A stretch of DNA of 64,000 nucleotides from a virus: IMG/VR virus record IMGVR_UViG_3300029712_000001. The stretch is one strand, 5' to 3'. Below, piece after piece: positions 57,110 to 64,000 of the stretch (positions are counted from its first letter, which is position 1; each line of letters opens with the position of its first letter). The notes beneath the pieces are model-generated. The model had not been told where the DNA came from. It saw nothing but the letters and a program-made list of their open reading frames with translations, and ran no database searches. A program made the translations under genes and the position numbers.

Positions 57110-58744
57110 TTATATTTTTATTTTCTTAATTTCCTCAATCATATTCTTATATCCGCAGAACTTGCTGTTAATAACATCGAAAATAGATTCTGACCAGCCA
57201 GCTATGTTCAAGATATTAGATCCTCTGTAAAACATCTCACTTCCATATCCTTGAATAGAAATAGAAACGATCTTGCAATTTGGATTTACTTTCTTGAACT
57301 CTTTCAAAAGTTCGGCGAATTTACCATATTCATAATTGGAACTTTTCTCCCATACAATAGATTCACCATCTCCTATCTGCATATCTGAAATAACGTACAA
57401 GTTATCTACTTTGATCTTGTCTTTAACGCACTTATCCAAGAATGCAAAAAGACCGTTTTCGGTAGCACCACCGCATTCTCCTCCGGCAGTAAAAGATTTT
57501 TTGTTATTCCATAAAACACCTTTACTTCTATCATATTCGTAATTGATAAGTTTGTCACCAAACATACCGATAAATACGTCAGGAAGCACAGAAGCAATCA
57601 TACAGCCAAATAAGTTACCAATGACAGCCGTACTTGTTTTGCTAAAGGCAGACACCTCAGAAGATCCTCCCATATCTCCACGTACAGAGCCAGAGTGGTC
57701 AATCAGGATAGCCGACCGCCCCTCCAATACCGGCAGGTTCTTGCAGGAGATGGTTATGGCTTTCTCCAACGCATCTAAAATCTTATCTTTATTACGCGCT
57801 GTTAATTTAGCACGTTTTTTATCCGACTCAAATACAATATCATTATCGGAACCATCAGTGCCCATATTTTCAACCTCTTTGAAAGCTGAAGCAAAACGGA
57901 AAGGAAGCATCTTCGAATTAAGTACCTTCTCTTCTATTGTAAGCTGCCTACAAACTTCATCTATTTGATCAGGTGCGTATTTGATTATGTTTATAAGGTT
58001 ACGAACCATATTAAAAATAGGCATACCTTTTACATTAGAAACCACGTCTCGAATAGCGTCACCTAAAGCTTCTTTCTTTTCCTTATTGTCTTTCTTATCC
58101 TGTCCGGCTTTAGACATTTCTTTTTCAAGAATCTTACTTTCGTATAATCCAGACAAAGGCCGACCTTCTATAAGGTACTGGAAAGCCGTTTTATTAGCCT
58201 GATTGCCTTTAGGGTGAAATAAGTTTACGAGGTCAACCATAGTAATGACCCTACTGTCCATCTTGTACTTGTCAATCCGATACGGATCAAGACCCTCCAA
58301 AGCCGTCTTAAATCCTTTCTTAATAGCGCTGGATATACCTCTTAACTTCTTTGGATTTTTGTCGTTAAGAGCCGCATAGCAGCCAAGGATTTCGCTCATA
58401 TCATCAGGACGCATAACGATCTTATTATAGAACCTTGAAGCCCATTCCTTACCCGATGCTTTGCTGGCAAGGACAGAAGCCATAAGATGCGTTACTGACC
58501 TAAGCTTTCCTTCTTTCCTTACATACAATGCTGTTTGTGCTGCAAAATACGGATCCACCTGATCCATAAGGTTCTTAATTCTTCCTACTTTATCTTTTTC
58601 TTTCTCATAATAAGAATCAGATAACATGGTAGTCATTACCGTAGATACCAACTCTTCTTCTGCGTTAGGCTTATACGCCTTCTCTCCCATGTGATTCACG
58701 ATCGTAGGTTTAACACCTTCATTCTTTTTGTTAAACTTTCCCAT
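57110..58744 (-). CDS. rsr: Ro60-like protein (TROVE domain + vWA/MIDAS domain)
   Basis: 544 aa. The N-terminal two thirds follow the TROVE pattern (NHMGEKAY...FYE...DPYFAAQTALYVRKEGKLRSVTHLMASVLA...RPDDMSEILGCY...IDKYKM...VTMVDLVNLFHPKG). The C-terminus has a DxSGS MIDAS motif (ILIDHSGSVRGD) with a vWA-like alternation. Confidence 0.8.
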   Translation of the reverse strand: MGKFNKKNEGVKPTIVNHMGEKAYKPNAEEELVSTVMTTMLSDSYYEKEKDKVGRIKNLMDQVDPYFAAQTALYVRKEGKLRSVTHLMASVLASKASGKEWASRFYNKIVMRPDDMSEILGCYAALNDKNPKKLRGISSAIKKGFKTALEGLDPYRIDKYKMDSRVITMVDLVNLFHPKGNQANKTAFQYLIEGRPLSGLYESKILEKEMSKAGQDKKDNKEKKEALGDAIRDVVSNVKGMPIFNMVRNLINIIKYAPDQIDEVCRQLTIEEKVLNSKMLPFRFASAFKEVENMGTDGSDNDIVFESDKKRAKLTARNKDKILDALEKAITISCKNLPVLEGRSAILIDHSGSVRGDMGGSSEVSAFSKTSTAVIGNLFGCMIASVLPDVFIGMFGDKLINYEYDRSKGVLWNNKKSFTAGGECGGATENGLFAFLDKCVKDKIKVDNLYVISDMQIGDGESIVWEKSSNYEYGKFAELLKEFKKVNPNCKIVSISIQGYGSEMFYRGSNILNIAGWSESIFDVINSKFCGYKNMIEEIKKIKI

Positions 58745-58778
58745 TTGTTGTTGTTTTCTTTAAAGTGTTATACAAAAA

Positions 58779-58804
58779 AAGCAGTGATATTACTACCACT
58801 GCTT
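58779..58804 (-). terminator. rho-independent terminator between the tRNA-like array and the Ro60 gene
   Basis: AAGCAGTG / CACTGCTT stem followed on the - strand by a T-run (A-run 58773-78 on +) and preceded by T10. It ends 34 nt before the Ro60 ATG. Confidence 0.6.
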
Positions 58805-58865
58805 GAAAAAAAAAATATATCAAAATGAATACTCAATGAGGGAAAAGCTGAAGTTAGTGTAAACA

Positions 58866-58938
58866 ATGAAATAATGGATTTGAACCATCGACCTATACTT
58901 TAAAAGAGTATCGCTCTATCCATCTGAGCTAAATTCGA
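58866..58938 (-). tRNA. tRNA-shaped RNA with UUU (Lys) anticodon and a defective acceptor stem
   Basis: Minus strand: TCGAATT TA GCTC-AGATGGATA-GAGC G ATACT-CTTTTAA-AGTAT AGGTC GATGG-TTCAAAT-CCATT ATTTCAT. U8, G18G19, U33, G53, T54-C56 and C61 are present. Only 4 of 7 acceptor pairs are Watson-Crick, and no CCA is encoded. Confidence 0.45.
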
Positions 58939-59009
58939 AGTAACTAACCCCATCACCACTCATTAGTTTTTATATATTTCAAACAGAGGAAAAACGGAGC
59001 CGGACAAAA

Positions 59010-59081
59010 TGAAAATATTGGATTCGAACCAATGAAAAGTATTATTACAGAATACCGCGTTATCCACTACGCTAATTTTCG
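59010..59081 (-). tRNA. tRNA-shaped RNA with GUA (Tyr) anticodon, class-I type (short variable loop)
   Basis: Minus strand: CGAAAAT TA GCGT-AGTGGATA-ACGC G GTATT-CTGTAAT-AATAC TTTTC ATTGG-TTCGAAT-CCAAT ATTTTCA. All canonical tertiary positions are present. It has a C1xA72 mismatch, U73 and a 5-nt variable loop, whereas bacterial tRNA-Tyr normally has a long variable arm. Confidence 0.55.
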
Positions 59082-59148
59082 AAGTAACCGAACTCCTCAC
59101 CATCTATATATTTTATTAAAACAGGGAGAACCTGGAATGTGTTTTAAT

Positions 59149-59245
59149 ATGAAAGGAGGTTTTGATCTACCAACTGATCTAATTTTTCTTACATGAAAAA
59201 TATAGGACTCAAACCTATGACACAAACCGAAGTATCACCTTCCAT
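59149..59245 (-). ncRNA. circularly permuted tRNA-like RNA (YrlA-type Y RNA candidate)
   Basis: Minus strand 5'->3': ATGGAAGG(59245-59238) TGATACTTC GGTTT(59228-59224) GTGTC ATAGG-TTTGAGT-CCTAT(59218-59202) ATTTTTC-ATGTAA-GAAAAAT(59201-59182) TA GATC-AGTTGGTA-GATC(59179-59164) A AAACC(59162-59158) T CCTTTCAT(59156-59149). All stem and loop lengths match tRNA geometry, but the order is T arm, then closed acceptor hairpin, then D arm. Confidence 0.55.
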
Positions 59246-59284
59246 CACCACTGTCTTACATTATAATCTCTCTTGATTACGATG

Positions 59285-59292
59285 CAAATATA
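59285..59292 (-). promoter_or_regulatory. Bacteroidota-type promoter (-7 TATATTTG, with TTTG 19 nt upstream)
   Basis: Minus strand aaTTTGtaaatcatattttagtgtcTATATTTGcatc, directly upstream of the tRNA-like array and downstream of the terminator at 59402-59435. Confidence 0.5.
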
Positions 59293-59401
59293 GACACTAA
59301 AATATGATTTACAAATTAAAATGATTTAAAATGTATTAATTTGGATAAATAAATGTAGTGAATAATATAAAGTGGTTATACACAGCCTTGCACTTAAAAG
59401 T

Positions 59402-59435
59402 ATTACCCTCTACTTGCTAATAGGCAGAGGGTAAT
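59402..59435 (-). terminator. rho-independent terminator after the >1518-aa gene
   Basis: ATTACCCTCT / AGAGGGTAAT 10-bp stem, followed on the - strand by ACTTTTAAG. Confidence 0.65.
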
Positions 59436-59441
59436 ACGATA

Positions 59442-62400
59442 TTATCTATTCTTAATCTTATCTTCGGAAATCAACCACTGGAATATAATTTTCCGGCTGC
59501 TAATTACTTTCTTTATCCTCATCAGCATCCAACTTCCTCTTAACCTATCCAGCCATGACCGTCTGAAATTAAGAGCATCAGGATTAACTGACTTATTTAT
59601 ATCGTTATCGTCCTTGATCCAAATAGGGGTATCTGACCGGTCATCGTCAACCCTGTTGAAGAAGTCATTTAACTTATGTCTTCTATATACCTCAGTATCC
59701 AGGACCTCAGTATAGTCGCCTACGATTTTCGGATACGATATACGTTGCGCTAAATTATTCTTTTCTTCTGGAACAAGATGAATTTCACCTGAGTTGTTTG
59801 TGTCGTTGTAGATAGTTATCGTATCTAAACCTACTTTCCTGTCAAGAGTGTAATTCACATCATCGACGTATTTCCTTGCATCAAGCTCGTATTCTACAGA
59901 AGCCAGCGTAGAGCCATTATATTTCTCTTTTATCGGCACTTCTAATATAAATGGATATGTTGCTCCGTAGAATGTCTGGAAGCTCTTATTCGTCAGCAAA
60001 TGACTCCATAAGCCGCCTTCTTCGTCTGATGTCGGGAAGTTTATTCCTGTCTGAAAATATTGTTGCTGTTCTATATAATAGTCAGGACAGAACGAATAAT
60101 AAGAAATCCATTCTTGCTTCAGACACGAATATCCGATAGTGAACGACACGTCTTTAAAATACTGTTCGTCTTTTAAAGATATTTCCTTATCGTTTGATAA
60201 CACCTCTGTTTCATTGTACAAGAACCTTCCACCATCATATTTGTAATATGCCGGGTTCTTAACAGGTATATAATCTTTTTTCGTGATAAGTACTCTCTTA
60301 TACCTGTTATCCCATCCAAGAGACAGACCAAGACCGATAAATTTATTGTCTGTATCTTCTTCTGTCATCTCTGTGCCGGTTAAGATATTAGTTATTCCGT
60401 ATCTAAGAATCTTAAACGGAAGATGACGCTTGAGCCAATGTCTGATACCTACACTAAGTTCCTTGAGATTACGTCCGTTCGGATCGGTCATAAATACCTG
60501 TGCTCTTTTAGTATCTACCCAGAAGTGACCAAATTCTGAACTAATTATTTCAGTACTCTGGGTTCCAGAATAACCGAGGTCGGTCGTGTTGTACTCCAGA
60601 GGTCTGGACGCGAACAGACCGCCGGTGCCCATCTCAGCCTGCCCAGGGGAGGTGCGCTCCTTGATTACATCTATGGCGTTATGGAGTGAAACCTGATCCT
60701 CGAACCTGACAAGAATCTGATTAGACTCGATACGCTTCATGTGAATAAGCTTCCCGTTGCTGGTTGGAAACTCATGATAGTCCATAGGCTTGTACGTTAG
60801 CCACGGATCTGTTTGACTGTTTTCAGATACGTCAGCCCTACTCCATATAACACCATTAGGTCGCTGGTAAGCACAATCATAAAAACGACGTTCGTATGTT
60901 GCCGGCAATACATTAGGAGTCAATGTCATCCTCGATGAATAGATAGGACTTATCTTGTAATCATTGTCCCTATGGATAGACACGTTCTTTTCTTGTGTCC
61001 ACCAAACAAAATCTCCTACTTTTGGATAGAATAATTCATGAGGCTGAGGACCCTCTAATCTGAAATTACAATTTATTTCAGATTCTACAAGGAACTGAGG
61101 AATGCCATAGAACCATGTATAAAATCTGCCATCTACATACTTACCGGAGGTGTCACCGTTCAATTCATACAAGCTCTTCCTATTTGGGTAAAAAGCATAT
61201 CTTCCTTTATTAGACGATGTCCAACTATTGAAACGTTCGTTATCCGTGGTTTCAAGCGCATCTTCCCCTGTATCATAATTAACAAAATATCTTGGATATC
61301 CTACATTTCTATAATCCATGTAAGGGAAAGGTATCATATCTCCAATACCAAAAGCACTATTATAAAAAACAGGAAATTTTCTCTTTAATGAAAATCTGGT
61401 TATCACCGTATCACCACCGAACATCAGTTTCTTTTCATTAGTGAAAAATCCACATCCACCTATGGAAATCCATTTTATATCTTCTATTTGACCATATTGA
61501 TCCGGCCTATATCTCATAAGCCTCATATACGGAGAACAGATGTATGAAACTGATTTGGATTGCTCGAATGTTCTTCCTGCTACAACATCTCTTCCAGCAA
61601 TAACCGAATCATCTATACGGCTACTGTCGTAGTTGTAGACATAGTTCGGATATTCCAATAAATATTTCGATTTACCATCTCCTTTTTCACCTGGATCACC
61701 AAATGATAAAAATAACGAAGATTCACGATCTATATTATTAACAAATAAGAATCGTCCCTCATTATCGTTTTTACCGGTTCCCCATTTAGATGACATGCTG
61801 GCATCCATCATAGGATATACACCAGACTTCATGTACTTAACAGAAGATAAACCACGAGCAAAATTTCGTTCATACTTATCCTGGTCTGTTATACCTATCA
61901 TTGAATTATATAATCCTACAGAAGTATAATACCATGCATGATTACGTCTCGGTCCATTGTTTATAAACGTATTAAGCCAATCATAACGGTACTTACCGTA
62001 CAATATCGGGCCCTTAGCAAGAGTTTGACTGATGGTTGACACCATTGAAGAAAACAGCATGGCTACACTTAAATTCGTTAGGAATCCTCCTCCGGTAAGA
62101 CCGGCCGACCCTCCTATGTATCCAGACTGAGCCCTTATCTGAAGCTCTTCTGCTATCATAGCGGCTATTGTGGCACTTGATTCAACTGCGGCAAGTGACG
62201 CAGCCATCGTATAAGCAGCAGGACCTAAGATAGTCCATTTTGGATGATCTTCTACAGGCACAAAACTGCCTACAGACATTCCTCTTTGGAACCCGTCTAT
62301 ACATACTTCATTTGGAAGTTCGGGCTTGTTAAAATAAATATCAGGCGAACAAAATGAATACCACACGTTTCCTCCTTTGTCGAAAGGATGGGATATAAAC

Positions 62401-64000
62401 TCGTCTCTTTTGCCAGACGTATAATTATATTGATCTTGTGATAGGTCGTTATATGGGTAATTAGGATAGATATTTACATTACCATCGTCTCCTATGTATC
62501 TAAGCATATCATAGGCTAATCCTGAAGCCACAACCGACCTATTTAGCCTCCTATCTCCACGATACAGTTCATATCCTACGATCGTATCTCTTTGTTGTTG
62601 CGTAATCAAACCAGAATCTACCGCAAAATCCAAAAACACTTGTATGGTGTTCTCATCCACCATAATACCTACCGGATATATTTCAGAAGCTATGTCATAT
62701 CCACGTTCATCACTGTTCATAAAAGGTATATGCTTGTTATCTGGGAACCGGTAATGACGTATAGGTTGTTGGCAAAATACGGTAGAAGTATCTACTCCTC
62801 CATAAGAATGACCCTTGAAATAAGATAATCCATTTTTGTCTGACAAAGGAGCACCATAATATTCCGTTAACTTATTCATAATATTAGAATAAGCTTCTGT
62901 TTTTTTTGGATCATCATAAGATCTTCCTGTATCTATTTTCATCCTACTACTATCATAAAGTTCAAAATTAGCAGGATATTTCTCAGATGATTCCCAATAT
63001 GCAAAATCCCCGTATTTATAAGGACGAGGCTTGCAATTGATGGGCCTATCTCCACATGTCTGACATTTAGATGCAAATAAGACAGTTGATCTAAGTGTTA
63101 TAGAATCCACAGACAAATCAATCTTATTTACCTCCTTTTCTCTTACACCAAAAATATACGGATATATAGTTTTACCTGTAGCAAAAGAAACGCCTAAAAT
63201 AGCACGAGACGGTTTCTTGCTTGGTTCCTCCTCCTCGTCTGGAGTATCCTTATTCTTATATTCACAAAATTGTATTTGTCTGAATGTCATTATCCAAGGA
63301 ACAGCTACAACCGGAGATTCTATTGTTACATAAAAATAATCTTGTTTTATCGTTTCTTTAAAGAATTTATCATCTATAGTTCCCCATGCGGGTCTTGCTA
63401 TATTGATAATAACCGAATGTCCTGAAGCATGTTCCGGCCTATCGAAATCTACTGGTATTATGCCAAGTGGATTCCATGTCTCTATATCCTTCCAAAAAGA
63501 AACACGAACGTAATTGGTAGACACAGCATCCATTATACCATCTATCTTCCCAAGGGCTTCAAGATAAAGGACCTTATTTTCTTCCTTATATCCTTCTATA
63601 TCCCATTCCTCCGGCCTATTGATTCTAATAAACCTGGCATTGGTCATTACATTCCTCACAAACTTGCGTACTACAAATTCAGAAGCAAATCCTATATTAA
63701 GTTTATCTCCAGTAGGATTTTCAAATGTTGCATTATTTACATACCCCTCAAATTCCCAGTCCGTTTCAGGTATGCCAGTGTCCGCATTTTTGTATATCAT
63801 ATCCTGGAGCTTCTTGGAAGCATCAGGCCAGAACTGTTCAATGCAATATTTCGGTCCGTTCTTTGATCGGTATTGATCATTTATTACCGTACTCGTTGAT
63901 CTTCCAGCCCTCCAATTACCTTTTCCATTTATCTCTTGACTCCACCCATCTATATGTAAAATATATCCTCCAAGGATGTAATTATTGTTTTGAAAGTTAT
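59442..64000 (-). CDS. very large virion structural protein (putative tail component), 5'-partial at the window edge
   Basis: The track ORF starts at the Met at 63800, but the same frame stays open to position 64000 (...GGYILHIDGWSQEINGKGNWRAGRSTSTVINDQYRSKNGPKYCIEQFWPDASKKLQDMIYK...). The real start may therefore lie outside the window. Aromatic, Gly/Asn/Tyr-rich beta-type sequence. Confidence 0.65.
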   Translation of the reverse strand, partial: NFQNNNYILGGYILHIDGWSQEINGKGNWRAGRSTSTVINDQYRSKNGPKYCIEQFWPDASKKLQDMIYKNADTGIPETDWEFEGYVNNATFENPTGDKLNIGFASEFVVRKFVRNVMTNARFIRINRPEEWDIEGYKEENKVLYLEALGKIDGIMDAVSTNYVRVSFWKDIETWNPLGIIPVDFDRPEHASGHSVIINIARPAWGTIDDKFFKETIKQDYFYVTIESPVVAVPWIMTFRQIQFCEYKNKDTPDEEEEPSKKPSRAILGVSFATGKTIYPYIFGVREKEVNKIDLSVDSITLRSTVLFASKCQTCGDRPINCKPRPYKYGDFAYWESSEKYPANFELYDSSRMKIDTGRSYDDPKKTEAYSNIMNKLTEYYGAPLSDKNGLSYFKGHSYGGVDTSTVFCQQPIRHYRFPDNKHIPFMNSDERGYDIASEIYPVGIMVDENTIQVFLDFAVDSGLITQQQRDTIVGYELYRGDRRLNRSVVASGLAYDMLRYIGDDGNVNIYPNYPYNDLSQDQYNYTSGKRDEFISHPFDKGGNVWYSFCSPDIYFNKPELPNEVCIDGFQRGMSVGSFVPVEDHPKWTILGPAAYTMAASLAAVESSATIAAMIAEELQIRAQSGYIGGSAGLTGGGFLTNLSVAMLFSSMVSTISQTLAKGPILYGKYRYDWLNTFINNGPRRNHAWYYTSVGLYNSMIGITDQDKYERNFARGLSSVKYMKSGVYPMMDASMSSKWGTGKNDNEGRFLFVNNIDRESSLFLSFGDPGEKGDGKSKYLLEYPNYVYNYDSSRIDDSVIAGRDVVAGRTFEQSKSVSYICSPYMRLMRYRPDQYGQIEDIKWISIGGCGFFTNEKKLMFGGDTVITRFSLKRKFPVFYNSAFGIGDMIPFPYMDYRNVGYPRYFVNYDTGEDALETTDNERFNSWTSSNKGRYAFYPNRKSLYELNGDTSGKYVDGRFYTWFYGIPQFLVESEINCNFRLEGPQPHELFYPKVGDFVWWTQEKNVSIHRDNDYKISPIYSSRMTLTPNVLPATYERRFYDCAYQRPNGVIWSRADVSENSQTDPWLTYKPMDYHEFPTSNGKLIHMKRIESNQILVRFEDQVSLHNAIDVIKERTSPGQAEMGTGGLFASRPLEYNTTDLGYSGTQSTEIISSEFGHFWVDTKRAQVFMTDPNGRNLKELSVGIRHWLKRHLPFKILRYGITNILTGTEMTEEDTDNKFIGLGLSLGWDNRYKRVLITKKDYIPVKNPAYYKYDGGRFLYNETEVLSNDKEISLKDEQYFKDVSFTIGYSCLKQEWISYYSFCPDYYIEQQQYFQTGINFPTSDEEGGLWSHLLTNKSFQTFYGATYPFILEVPIKEKYNGSTLASVEYELDARKYVDDVNYTLDRKVGLDTITIYNDTNNSGEIHLVPEEKNNLAQRISYPKIVGDYTEVLDTEVYRRHKLNDFFNRVDDDRSDTPIWIKDDNDINKSVNPDALNFRRSWLDRLRGSWMLMRIKKVISSRKIIFQWLISEDKIKNR

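Noticed and set aside
58866-59081. Interpreting the tRNA-like genes as suppressor tRNAs indicating stop-codon reassignment.
   Set aside because: The anticodons are UUU and GUA, not complementary to stop codons. All large late ORFs are intact under the standard code.
59100-59160. The CAGG-TTCTC-CCTG + TTTT segment after the permuted tRNA-like unit as a second T arm or a solid terminator.
   Set aside because: The stem is only 4 bp and the loop does not fit a T-loop. It may help 3'-end formation but cannot be supported as a separate feature.

Overview
The window looks like part of an AT-rich tailed dsDNA phage (or prophage) genome, with two convergent transcription arms meeting at a strong bidirectional hairpin near 19.91-19.96 kb.

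**Plus arm (1-19.9 kb): replication, nucleotide metabolism and early genes.**
- Two PD-(D/E)XK nucleases, one Cas4-like with a 4-Cys cluster.
- A Zn-finger/TOPRIM-like protein, a DnaB-like helicase and an SF2 helicase.
- A C5 cytosine methyltransferase and a DUF5664-like nucleotide pyrophosphohydrolase-like protein.
- An acyl-carrier-protein / NfeD / flotillin trio.

**Minus arm (19.96-64 kb): late and virion genes.**
- Very large ORFs (2148, 2239, 1007, 946 and more than 1518 aa) that look like ejection/cargo or tail proteins.
- A protein with two tail-lysozyme-like domains.
- A block of small accessory genes, including a DUF2829 (Tad2-like) fusion.
- A cluster of low-complexity, cysteine-rich proteins.

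**Host clue.** Several intergenic TAnnTTTG boxes sit just upstream of start codons, and one lipoprotein has an acidic post-Cys segment. Both suggest a Bacteroidota host.

**Main finding (57.1-59.3 kb).** A Ro60-type (TROVE + vWA/MIDAS) gene is preceded on the same strand by three tandem tRNA-shaped RNAs with homologous flanks. One of them is a circularly permuted tRNA mimic: T arm, then closed acceptor hairpin, then D arm, with the ends emerging from the anticodon-stem position. That is the architecture described for bacterial YrlA Y RNAs.

**Other items worth a second look.**
- A roughly 280-nt multi-helix RNA candidate at 9.8-10.1 kb.
- A roughly 790-bp non-coding region at 53.4-54.2 kb with iteron-like repeats.
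- A shared N-terminal module on two large virion proteins.

**Limits.** All domain calls come from motif recognition by eye; no searches or folding programs were run. No terminase, portal, major capsid protein, DNA polymerase or CRISPR array was recognised in this window.
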